Below, piece after piece: positions 12,778 through 24,689 of a stretch of DNA of 64,000 nucleotides. The DNA is from Eledone cirrhosa (Eukaryota): positions 106,950,001-107,014,000 of the forward strand of contig OZ024741.1 in assembly GCA_964016885.1 (NCBI GenBank), written 5' to 3'. A model generated the notes under the pieces. It made no database searches. It was not told the DNA's origin and saw only the letters and a program-made list of their open reading frames with translations. Each line of letters begins with the position of its first letter. Position 1 is the stretch's first letter. The translations under genes were made by a program, and so were the position numbers.

Positions 12778-13036
12778 ATTAAAGGTGGAAAACTGGGAGA
12801 GGGCACTTGCCTTGGTGGTCAGGGTCATTGTGGCTTTTTACTGGGCTTTCTCCACAAATGTCCCTCCGAAGTCTCCCCCCTATTGGGGAATTTTTCATTG
12901 TTATTTTCATTGTTATTTTTGTTACATCCTCTGTTTTTGTTTTTTACAGGCAGAAATGCCCATTTGTACCGTCCTGCATTGTCCTGCACTGTCCTTAATG
13001 TCTACTTTATGTAAACCCTTGTGGTTAATAAAGAAA

Positions 13037-13038
<2 letters not shown>

Positions 13039-13083
<45 letters not shown>
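13039..13083. repeat. (TTA)n microsatellite at the 3' flank of the Tx1 element
   Basis: Directly visible. Confidence 0.95.
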
Positions 13084-13084
13084 T

Positions 13085-13460
13085 AGGACGTCATGCTTTG
13101 CAGTATAGAATTACGGTCCTTTACGGTCTGAGTTCAAATCCCGCCGAGGTTAACTTTGCTTTTCATCCTTACGGGGTCGATAAAATAAAGTACGAATCAC
13201 GCACTGGGGTCAATTTCATCGACCATTATTATTTAGGACGGTGGATTGGCAGTATGGGTAGAACATCAGGCAATATGTTTTACTGCATAGAGTTACAGCT
13301 CTTTACGCTCTAAGTTCAAATGTTACCGTGGTTAGCTTTGCCTTTCATCATTACGGGGTCGATAAAATAAAGCACCAGTAACGCACAGGTGTCAATTTAA
13401 TCGTCTTTCCCCTCCCCAAAATGTTGTTGGCTTTGTGCCTAAATCAGAAATCATGATTAT
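13085..13460 (+). mobile_element. Tandem SINE family A copies (first one 5'-truncated)
   Basis: Same B-box and central domain as the other copies. Confidence 0.85.
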
Positions 13461-13469
13461 TCACCAGAC

Positions 13470-13795
13470 GCATGTTTTCCCAACTCCTGTCCCTAAAGGA
13501 GCTGCGACCCTGGGTCTAGCGGAGACCGAGGGGGAGCGCTTGGAAACTGGAATGTCTTCAGGCGCTCACAGCCCTCCGCCAACTGGGCAGTATGATTGGG
13601 GGGAAACTTCACCTTGGCGCTCTATGGAGGGTTAGTGGCGGATGAAAGCGACAACGTTCTTGAGGAAACTCTAGGCATCGACGAAAATAAACTAGCCACT
13701 ATTTTCGGGAGGAATTTCGATGCAGGGCCCATGGATAATTTCCAGGAATCCCTGGCCTGGCAATACTACTGAGGAGCTTAACCAGTTCGAGAGGG
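13470..13795 (+). pseudogene. Decayed Tx1 ORF2 fragment
   Basis: Clear nucleotide similarity to ~12005-12325, for example ctggaatgtcttcaggcgctcacagccctc. Confidence 0.85.
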
Positions 13796-13814
13796 GCGAA
13801 GGTCGAGGTAGTGT

Positions 13815-14105
13815 CGGATGCGCACGTGGAAGCACATGGCCTGCTGGTAAGGGTGTTGTGTTGTGTTTACGATCATAATGTCGTGGGATCGATTCCTGGG
13901 CTGTATGTTTTGTTCTTGAGCAAAACACTTCATTTAACGTTGCTCCAGTATACTCAGCTGAAAATGAGTGCCAGCAATAATTGCGGGTTTAACCCTGCGA
14001 TGGACTGGCGTTCTGTCCAGGAGGGAGTCTTGTACTCTCAGTCGCTTCACGCCATGGGATAAGCACCGGCCAAATGAGCCTTCTGGCTTAAGACAGACTT
14101 TAGAC
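13815..14105 (+). mobile_element. tRNA-derived SINE, second family
   Basis: A/B-box-like head (tggcctgctggtaa, gggatcgattcct), ttcttgagcaaaacact, accctgcgatggactggcg. A related head occurs at 56120-56230. Confidence 0.65.
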
Positions 14106-15147
14106 TTTTTTTTATATATACGTACATATATACGTATGTATGTATCTATGTGAGCGCGTATGTATGTATCTATGTGAGCGCGTATCCCAATTTCTGGGGT
14201 TCTTTGGATGTAATTGTTGCATGGTCGTTGTCAAATTAGGGCACGTATTTTAGTTGAAGCATGTCGTCTCTTCGTCTTTAATGTTTTTCTTACTTGATGT
14301 TATTTTTGCTGTTGTTATTGTAGTTATTTTTTTTTTTGTTGATTCCCTATTTCAGAGACGCAGTGAAGAGAACGAATTGTGTAATGCTTTGTTCACTGTG
14401 TATGACATTGCCAATTCAACTGAATATTAATATCTTACACTCCAATTGCTTTCTGATTTATATACTTCATAAAGAATCAATTCAGATGAGCCACTGACGG
14501 TTATCGTTGTTAAAATTATTAAGATGTTTCATTGATGTGTTATAGTCAATTGAAACGACCTCAATATATGACTATTACCTAATCAACTATGGTTAATACT
14601 TGATTATTAGATAACTAATCAACAAAGTTCTTAACAACACAACAGAACGTATTGTGCATGGTTTAAAGCTAGGTGGCCTATGCAACTTGGAACCATCTCT
14701 GTCCATCCCCTCTCCCGTTTGTAGACGTTCAGGTGCCAAAAGCAAATGGAACATCCTCCAATGCGACATGGCATCGAACAGTACCGTATTGCATGCTTTC
14801 ACTCGGCTCCAACAACCCCATAGCAATGCCTTGAAGCGTAAAACTAATGTATCATCTTATGCATCGTTCTGCTATGTTATTTTTCCTTGTTTAATTTCTG
14901 AGTCAATTAGAGAGCACTTGACCTACAATAAATAGCAGTCAAATATTATCCGCCTTACAACAAATGTAGGGACAAATTTCATAATGAAGTCCCCTAAGGA
15001 GGAGTTACTCGACTTACATTCAATTTGCTTCTAAGAATTTTATTGTTTCCACGGTTGTAATTATTGCAATTTTTTAGTCCAATTAAAAGAAAATTATCAT
15101 TATTGTGTTTCTGATTTTGTTCACATCATATCAAATCATGTTGTAGC

Positions 15148-15338
15148 TGTGGATTGGCAGTATTGGTAGAGAGTCGGACGCCATGTTTTGCAGCATAGAG
15201 TTACCGCCCTTTATGATCTGAGTTCAAATCCCGCCGAAGTTAACTTTGCCTTTCATCCTTACGGTGTCGATAAAATAAAGTACCAGAAATACACTGGGGT
15301 GATGGCTGGCCTTGTGCCAAAAGTAGAAACAATTATAT
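15148..15338 (+). mobile_element. SINE family A
   Basis: Full A box, B box, central domain and tail. Confidence 0.85.
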
Positions 15339-15673
15339 AGTAAGCACGTCGTCTCTGCAAAGTTCCACTTTTGAGGATTTTGTTCTGTTTTCAATGTGTG
15401 TAGAATGTACTCATCGAAATTAAAATCTCTGCTTAGAAGAAACCCGATATGATGAACTGCGAGAAAATTTAAGCTAAACGACAAGTATAGTTGTCCCCCT
15501 TTAAGAAAAAATGTATTCGTTTTCAGTTGTAAATTATAACCCGTCACGTGGACTTTGTTAACCAATGAAACGGTGAGGTCTTGGCACTACATCTAATTAA
15601 GTTAGGACATTTTCTATATATTCAAACATGGCTATCGTATTGATCTTATATTCAGAAAACTTATACAGCCATC

Positions 15674-15723
<50 letters not shown>

Positions 15724-15897
15724 TAGTATATGTTGGTTGTATACCAACACCTCAGTATGCAGATTGGAGCACTCGACGAAGTGCGCAGGTTGATTTGGTT
15801 ACTCCGGAGTAATGTAAAATAAAATAAAATAAAATAAAATAAAATAAAATAAAATAAAATAAATAATTCAAATGTTTAAAATTTGGCTTCGTTTATT

Positions 15898-15952
15898 ACT
15901 GCTATATATATTTCGGTGACAGCCATCTTTGGCTGTGACCTCTTCAGGCAGT
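15898..15952 (-). ncRNA. Type I hammerhead ribozyme, canonical core
   Basis: Minus strand: actgc-CTGAAGA-ggtcacagcca(aaga)tggctgtcacc-GAAA-tatata-TA-gcagt-AATAAA. Stem I is a perfect 5 bp, stem II is 10 bp with one mismatch, and stem III is palindromic. Confidence 0.85.
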
Positions 15953-16241
15953 CCGAATTAGTGTGGTAGAGACGAGTACACATGTTGTTGAGGTGTATAA
16001 CTTTATCAATACTCTGATATGCCCAGTTCCTGGTTGGGTTGTTATTTCTAATTTGGATTAGAGCAAACATCACGGGCGCTCTATCTCAAAATTAATTTTG
16101 AAAAGTATTAGAAATGCGCAACCGGTAAAAATTTAAAACTAAAACTGAATACTAACTAATACTTATTACTAATTTATACTTATTCCAAATTAAACTATTT
16201 TTCACTGGGAACAATTTGTCAGCATTTTCTTTTCATTTTTA

Positions 16242-16330
<89 letters not shown>

Positions 16331-16406
16331 CGAAGGAGGTGTGGCAAGGAACCAGGTGGACCATAACGTACCAGAGTACACAATAATGAAGGTAGTAGAG
16401 TGGGTA

Positions 16407-16549
16407 ATAGGAAAATGTTTAACTCCGACGGCAGAGCTCAAGCCGTTTCGACGGCTATTTCTGGACTAAATTATAATTTTTCTAATTTAGTCCAGAAATA
16501 GCCGTCGAAACGGCTTGAGCTCTGCAGTCGGGGTTAAACATTTTCCTAT
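16407..16549. repeat. Near-perfect inverted repeat (~67-bp arms, ~9-bp loop)
   Basis: ataggaaaatgtttaactccgac...ctggactaaatta / taatttagtccag...gtcggggttaaacattttcctat. Confidence 0.9.
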
Positions 16550-16569
16550 ATATATATATATATATATAC

Positions 16570-17203
16570 ATGATGGCTGCCCTCAGTTATCGAGTATGGC
16601 AATTGCATGATATAACTATTAATAATTATCAATCAATGCTATCGTGCAATGCCTGTGCGTGAAGATTTGTTTTAAAGTGAGGAAAGACTGTGCACTGAGC
16701 CAACCCCACTCTCTCAGCGACAGTAGCTATAACCCGAAAAGAAGAAAAGATCAACATCATCGGTAACTACTGAGCCGCAGGTTTTATGTCGGACTTATCC
16801 CAGTTTCCTGAGTTGCCTTCTAGAAGAATGCACTGACAAAGACTAGGAGCCCTTCACTCCCAGTGATTTAACCACGCGATCAGGTACCCAGCCCGATTAT
16901 TTCTATGCCCCCACACATATATATACACATGCATACAAGTATATACATATATATATGTATATACATATATACCCATGCATACATGTGTATATACATATTT
17001 ACACATTTTTGGATGGCCATTGACTCTTATGAGTTCTTCCGCCCTTTGTCAGGTTTCGTTTTTTGTCCCGCAAGGTGTCCCAAACTACCCTCCTCACCAA
17101 GTAAACTCGGTGGGGTTGCCGGTTTAGTCGCCGATGACCCGACCATGCGACAGGTTGTACTGGGTTACATGTTACCAGTGGCACTCATGAGTGACCCGAC
17201 ATA
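16570..17203 (-). mobile_element. Non-autonomous RTE-derived element interrupted by a microsatellite (16905-17010)
   Basis: 17010-17175 is the reverse complement of 29590-29755. 16570-16800 resembles 29815-29960 and the 30140-30170 terminus. Confidence 0.6.
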
Positions 17204-17272
17204 ATACATGCATACATGCATACATACATACATATATACATATATACATATACATACACATAAATACATACA

Positions 17273-17316
<44 letters not shown>

Positions 17317-17337
17317 TGTAATAAACAACATAAGATA

Positions 17338-17407
17338 ATTATTTCATTTACCAGTGGTTTCTTGAAGACAGCTTTTTATGTCTGTCTTCATTCATCAGAG
17401 AAATAAT
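17338..17407 (-). ncRNA. Type I hammerhead ribozyme, canonical core
   Basis: Minus strand: attatttct-CTGATGA-a-tgaagacag(acataaaaag)ctgtcttca-a-GAAA-cc(act)gg-TA-aatgaaataat. Stem II is a perfect 9 bp; stem I is imperfect next to the core. Confidence 0.7.
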
Positions 17408-17550
17408 ATGAACTATTTATTTAATATGGATTTGAAAACAGAGTTTAGGATAAATGAAAGTGAGGCTGAAATAGAATAACGGGCAATACATATATACATG
17501 TCGAGGTATGTATATATATCTATATATATATGTATGTATACACACACACG

Positions 17551-17593
<43 letters not shown>

Positions 17594-17711
17594 GTATGGA
17601 TGGGTGCATGGGTAGACACACACACACACACACACACTCACACATATATATATATACACATATATTTATTTGAAAGCGATGGAATGTCCATTATTATATT
17701 TATTAAATAAA

Positions 17712-17905
17712 TGGGCGGTGAATTGGCAGTATCGGTAGAGGGCTGGACGCCATGCTTTCTAGCATAGTTACGTCCCTTTCCATTCTGAGTTCAAATCCCG
17801 CCGAGGTTAACATTGCCTTTCATCCTTACGGGGTCGATAAAATAAAGTACCAGTAATGTATTGAGTAATTGCTGGCTTTGTGCCTAAAGTAGAAACAATT
17901 ATATT
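17712..17905 (+). mobile_element. SINE family A
   Basis: Full-length copy starting gggcggtgaattggcagtatcggtag. Confidence 0.85.
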
Positions 17906-17916
17906 TATTAAAATCC

Positions 17917-18330
17917 TGATGATAATGACAATGATAATGACGATGATAATGACAATGATAATGACGATGATAATGACAATGATAATGACGATGATAATGA
18001 CAATGATAATGACGATGATAATGACAATGATAATGACGATGATAATGACAATGATAATGACGATGATAATGACAATGATAATGACGATGATAATGACAAT
18101 GATAATGACGATGATAATGACAATGATAATGACGATGATAATGACAATGATAATGACGATGATAATGACAATGATAATGACGATGATAATGACAATGATA
18201 ATGACGATGATAATGACAATGATAATGACGATGATAATGACAATGATAATGACGATGATAATGACAATGATAATGACGATGATAATGACAATGATAATGA
18301 CGATGATAATGACAATGATAATGACGATGA
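17917..18330. repeat. Perfect 24-bp tandem repeat (GATGATAATGACAATGATAATGAC)n
   Basis: About 17 identical units. It is the source of the MIMT/SSSL ORFs. Confidence 0.95.
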
Positions 18331-18489
18331 AAGCGACGACGACGACGAAGACAATGATTATTATGATTATGATGACGTTTGACTATGACAATAATTATGT
18401 TAATGATGATTAATTATGGCGATGGCTATAATCAAGATGGCGGTTACGATGAAGACGGTAGTGGTGACATTTTCCTAATAAAACAGCAA

Positions 18490-21290
18490 TTACCACTACC
18501 TCTGCCACACCATACCACACCCACCACTACCACCACCACCACCACCACCACCACCACCACCACAACCACCGCCACTACCAGCAGCATCAGTGGCACCACC
18601 ACGACCACTACCACAAGCACCACAATCATTGCCACTATCATTGCCGCCACCAGCACCAGCACCACTACCACAAACACCACCACACCACCACCTCCACCAA
18701 CACGATACCCACCAGCACCACCATAACCATTACCACCACTACCACAAGCACCACTATCATTGCCACTATCATTGCCGCAACCAGAACCAGCACCACCAGC
18801 ACCTTCACCACCATCACCACCACCACCACTACCACCACCACCATCACCAACACCCCTACTACTACCACCACCACCAACACCAACAACAACAAAACCACTA
18901 CCACAAGCACCACTACCACCACCACCAATACTACCACCACTACCACCAAAACCACCAGTACCACCACCAGCACCAGAAAAACCACAACAGCGTCACTCTC
19001 ACCCCCAACACCTCCACGAACACGACCACCATCACCAACCCCGCCCCGCCACCCTGACTAACACCAGCAGCACCACGAACACCCCCCAACACCGCCTCCA
19101 CCACTAGGACCCCCCAACACCGTCACCACCTCCAATACCCCCCCACACACACACACATCCACAAGCCCCCACCTCCACCACCTCCCTCACCTTGACCAAC
19201 ACCGCCACCACCTCCACCACACACACACACCGCCACCACCTCCAACACTAATCAACACCGCCACCACCTCCAACACTAATCAACACCCCCACCACCTCCA
19301 ACACCCCCACTCCCCCCACAGTACCCCCACCACCGCCAGCACGCCCACCCCACCACCACCAACACCCCACTACGAACATAAATAATAAACACACCCTCCT
19401 CTTCCAGCTCATCCTAAATATCTTCATCGTCATTATCACTACCACTACCGCCACCCACATCATCACCATCATAACCATCACCACCTTATTCCCCACCCAC
19501 ATCATCACCATCATAACCATCACCACCTTATTCCCCATCCACATCATCATCATCACCATCATAACCACCACCACCACCTTATTCCCCATCCACATCATCA
19601 TCATCACCATCATAACCACCACCGCCACCTTATTCCCCACCCACATCATCATCACCATCATAACCACCACCACCTTACTCCCCACCCCATCATCACCATC
19701 ATAACCATCACCACCTTATTCCCCATCCACATCATCATAACCATCATAACCACCACCACCTTACTCCCCACCCCATCATCATCACCATCATAACCATCAC
19801 CACCTTATTCCCCATCCACATCATCATCATCACCATCATAACCACCACCACCTTATTCCCCATCCACATCATCATCATCACCATCATAACCACCACCACC
19901 TTATTCCACATCCACATCACCATCACCATCATAACCATCACCACCTTACTCCCCACCCCATCACCATCACCACCTTACTCCCCACCCCCATAACCATCAC
20001 TAGCTTATTCCCCACCCCCATCATCATCACCATCATAACCATCACCACCTTATTCCCCACCCCCATCATCATCACCATCATAACCATCACCACCTTATTC
20101 CCCACCCCCATCATCATCACCATCATAACCATCACCACCTTATTCCCCACCCACATCATCATCACCATCATAACCATCACCACCTTACTCCCCACCCCCA
20201 TCACCATCACCACCTTACTCCCCACCCCCACCACCATCACCACCTTACTCCCCACCCCATCACCACCACCACCTTACTCCCCACCCCCACCACCATCACC
20301 ACCTTACTCCCCACCCCCACCACCATCACCACCTTACTCCCCACCCCATCACCATCACCACCTTACTCCCCACCCCCATCACCATCACCACCTTACTCCC
20401 CACCCCCACCACCATCACCACCTTACTCCCCACCCCCATCACCATCACCACCTTACTCCCCACCCCCATCACCATCACCACCTTACTCCCCACCCCCACC
20501 ACCATCACCACCTTACTCCCCACCCCCACCACCATCACCATCTTACTCCCCACCCCCACCACCATCACCACCTTACTCCCCACCCCCATCACCATCACCA
20601 CCTTACTCCCCACCCCCATAACCATCACCACCTTATTCCCCAACCCCACCACCATCACCACCTTACTCCCCACCCCCATCACCATCACCATCACCATCAC
20701 CACCTTACACCCCACCCCCATCACCATCACCATCACCATCACCATCACCACCTTACTCCCCACCCCCATCACCGTCACCACCTTACTCCCCACCCCCATC
20801 ACCATCACCACCTTACTCCCCACCCCCATCACCATCACCACCTTACTCCCCACCCCCATCACCATTACCATCACCATCACCACCTTACTCCCCACCCCCA
20901 TCACCATCACCACCTTACTCCCCACCCCCATCACCATCACCATCACCATCACCACCTTACTCCCCACCCCCATCACCATCACCATCACCATCACCACCTT
21001 ACCCCCCACCCCCATCACCATCACCATCACCATCACCACCTTACTCCCCACCCCCATCACCATCACCATCACCACCTTACTCCCCACCCCCACCCCCACC
21101 ACCATCACCATCACCATCACCACCTTACTCCCCACTCCCATCACCATCACCACCGACGTCATCTTCCTCATCATCATAATCATTTTCCTCCTTATCATCA
21201 CCATCACCATCACCGTCATCATCATCACACTCATCACCATCACCATCACCGTCATCATCATCACACTCATCACCATCACCATCCCCCCCC
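18490..21290. repeat. (CCA/CAT)-derived low-complexity tract and ~30-bp minisatellite (accatcaccaccttactccccacccccatc)
   Basis: Units are directly visible from 19440 to 21150. Confidence 0.9.
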
Positions 21291-21441
21291 CCCCTCACCA
21301 ATAACACCAACAATAACAAACTCTACATAAATATATTATTGTCACCCCTGGCAACAGCAACAATAACATCAACAACAAAACTAATTATAACAATTAATAT
21401 TTTAAACTAAACAAATAACATTAATGCTAATTATTACATAT

Positions 21442-21815
21442 TGCCAGTATCGGTAGAGGGTCGGACGCCATGTTTTGCAGCATAGAGTTACGGCCCTTTA
21501 CGTTCTGAGTTCAAACTCGCCGAGGTTAACCTTGCCTTTCAACCTTACGGAGTCGATAAAATAAAGTACCAGTAATGCACTGGGGTCATTGCTGGCCTTG
21601 TGCCTAAAGTAGAAATAATTATTATAGGTGGATTGGCAGTATCGGTAGAGGGTCGGACGCCATGCTTTCCAGCATAGTTACGTCCCTTTACGTTCTGAGT
21701 TCAAATCCCGCCGAGGTTAACTTTGCCTTTCATCCTTACGGGGTCGATAAAATAAAGTACCAGTAATGCACTGGGTAATTGCTGGCCTTGTGCCTAAAGT
21801 AGAAACAATTATTAC
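21442..21815 (+). mobile_element. Tandem dimer of SINE family A
   Basis: Two consecutive copies joined at an (ATT) tail. Confidence 0.9.
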
Positions 21816-21863
21816 TTTGACATAATAGTTGTAGCCAGCTTCTCCATCTCGTGAGAATGTATA

Positions 21864-21865
<2 letters not shown>

Positions 21866-21899
<34 letters not shown>

Positions 21900-22605
21900 T
21901 TTGTTTTATGTGTGGGAGTGTGTATGTGTTTTTATGCGATTGTGTGTGCGTGCGTGTGATTGTGTGTCTGTGTGTGTGTGATTATATGTGAGTGTTTGTG
22001 TATGTGTGTAGGTGTATGTGTGTGATTGTATATGTGTGTGTTTTTGTGTGTGTGTGATTGTACGCATGTGTTTGTGTGTATGTGTGTATGTTTGTTTTAT
22101 GTGTGTGAGTATGTATGTGTTTTTATGCGATTGTATGTGTACGTGTGTTTGTGTGTGTGTGTGTGATTGTATGTGCGTGTTTATGTGTGTGTGTAGTTGT
22201 GTGTGTGTGTGATTGTATGTGCGTGTTTATGTGTGTGTGTGTGATTGTATGTGCGTGTTTATGTGTGTATGTGTGTGTATGTGTGTGATTGTATGTTCGT
22301 GTTTATGTGTGTGTGTGTGTGTGATTGTATGTGCGTGTTTATGTATGTGTGTGTGATTATATGTGGATGTTTATGTGTGTGTGTGTGTGATTGTATGTGC
22401 GTGTTTATGTGTGTGTGTGTGATTGTATGTGCGTGTTTGTGTATGTGTGTGTGATTGTATGTGCGGGTTTATGTGTGTGTGTGTGATTGTATGTGCGTGT
22501 TTGTGTGTGTGTGTGTGATTGTATGTGCGTGTTTATGTGTTTATGTGTGTGTGTGTGTGTGTTTATGTGTGTGTGTAGTTGTGTGTGTGTGTGTGTGTGT
22601 GTGTT
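21866..22605. repeat. (TG)n-derived minisatellite (gtgattgtatgtgcgtgttta + (TG)n)
   Basis: Directly visible. Confidence 0.9.
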
Positions 22606-22874
22606 TATATATGTCAGTAAGTATATATTTTTTTCAGATTTCTCTTTTATCAAACCAATAATTTGTTTAAGATTTTTTCTTTCCTCGGTTTTTCTATTCA
22701 TTTTCTTTTATTTGCTCTGATTTTTTTGTTGTTGAATATTTTTTTGTTTGTTTGTTAATTTATTTATTTATTTATTTACTTATTAATTTATTTATTGTTT
22801 GTAATTTGTTTTTCCCTCTTCTCTGTTTTCTTGAATTGATAAAAATCTGAACGAAATAGTGAACAGATAATATG

Positions 22875-22949
<75 letters not shown>

Positions 22950-23166
22950 GCTGCTACTGCTACTACTACTACTACTACTACTACTGATAATCTTAATAAT
23001 AATAACAAAACAATTCTGAGTCCTTCGGTAACGGTCGGTATTTTATCAAGTAGTTCTGTTTTTGTTTTTAAGTTTATCAATTTTACCACCATCTTCATCA
23101 TCAACGTCATGACGAACACCCTCGTCTTCACCCTCGCCATTATTATTATTATTATTATTATTATCA

Positions 23167-23233
<67 letters not shown>

Positions 23234-24071
23234 GCTTGTGTTATTCAAGCCTGGCAAAACAAGCAGAGTTTCTAATTATCAGACTGCCGATCATCTTGCT
23301 GTCACTAACTGTTCGTATCGCATCATTGTAAGCGAAAATATCATGGCGGCCATATTGCCAGACAGGCAAAAGTTTAATAGGATGCCTGGCAGTGAAGGTC
23401 GTGACATCTGCCATGCTTACAGTTATAGTTTGCCGGCCATTGCAAGCGAATTGGAAATGGCGGTCCGTAAAACAATCGAAATCGTTTCTTAGTTTGAAAT
23501 CTCGCAGTGACAGTTCCCATCAAGCGAAAGTAAAACTAGCAACAATGAAGGACCTTTTAGCAGTTACACCCATCTCTCTTCTTTCTACTTTCACTTTCGC
23601 TCGCTTTCATTCGTTCCTTTTTATTCACTTCTTTTCTTCTTGGTTCGTTTATTTTCTTTTTTCCCTATCTTTCATATTTATTTATTTATTTATTCAGTAC
23701 TTTCTGTCGTCATTTATATTCTTTGAAAGAAGGGTTATCGGCTGTTTTCTTTCCGTTTTTCAGTTTTGCCATTTTATTCCACACTTTTAAATATTTTTTT
23801 TAGTTTAATTTCTATTTTTTTGTTGTTGTTCACTGGAAGTAATAGAAATTTGTTTTGGAATAACTCAACAATATAAAAAGTAGTAAATAAACACACACAC
23901 ACACATGCACATAAAAGTGTGTGTATGAGAATATATATATATATATGTATGTATTTATATTTATATATATACATGTGTGTGTATATGTATATTGGTCTGT
24001 ATATATATATATATATATATGAATAAATAAGAGAGACGGTTTTATTCGTACATCTTCATTTAATTATTTAG

Positions 24072-24141
24072 TTCGTTATAAGTATTTCGAAGATGTAAGG
24101 TAGTTATAAAATAACCACCTTACACGTTCTCTTCAGACGAA
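24072..24141 (-). ncRNA. Type I hammerhead ribozyme, canonical core with long stem II
   Basis: Minus strand: ttcgt-CTGAAGA-gaacgtgtaaggtggtta(tttta)taactaccttacatcttc-GAAA-tactta-TA-acgaa. Stem I is a perfect 5 bp and stem II is ~17 bp with G-U pairs. Confidence 0.85.
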
Positions 24142-24205
24142 TCGATATATAATTTTCCATTGATATGCTACTAATCCGGCGTCTCGTTAGCCTCGCCGAC
24201 CAGTA

Positions 24206-24268
<63 letters not shown>

Positions 24269-24277
24269 ACACACACA

Positions 24278-24345
<68 letters not shown>

Positions 24346-24689
24346 ATATATAAGATCAAAAGATGGTTAAAGGAGTTCCATGTATTTTATTATGCGCATT
24401 TCAAAAACAAACATCATCATGCAATAATATTTGTGTTTTCATCAGATAAAACAGGAGGACATGATATGAAGGCTAAAAAACACTTGTGGATAGTGCAGTT
24501 TTAAATCAATATATATATATATAATATAGAGAGACTGAGAGGGCGAGGGAGAGAAAGAGAGAGAGAGAGTCTGCGGTGATGAAACCGAAGATACCACAAA
24601 TCATGTGAGTACTCGATACATGGGGAAATTTAGAGTGGGTATAGAGATATGTAAAATCCCGACCGCGGTGCCAAGCGGTTTCAGAAGCC

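Larger units (their letters stand above)
7002..13038 (+). mobile_element. Full-length Tx1-clade (L1 group) non-LTR retrotransposon
   Basis: 5' UTR, ORF1, ORF2 and a 3' UTR ending AATAAAGAAA. It is bounded on both sides by (TTA)n. Confidence 0.9.

Noticed and set aside
9408-12828. Overlapping antisense and alternate-frame ORFs within Tx1 ORF2
   Set aside because: These are expected by chance in GC-rich coding sequence and carry no motifs.
14340-14400. Possible micro-exon after a polypyrimidine tract and ttcag
   Set aside because: There is no convincing donor site and no recognisable peptide.
14640-14900. Possible old LINE fragment (likewise 27500-27920 and 41400-41700)
   Set aside because: Too decayed to assign motifs with confidence.
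17880-23257. Long low-complexity ORFs (MIMT, poly-H/P/T, VMVMGVGSK, CVCV)
   Set aside because: They are translations of micro- and minisatellites, open in several frames on both strands, with no domain or splice evidence.
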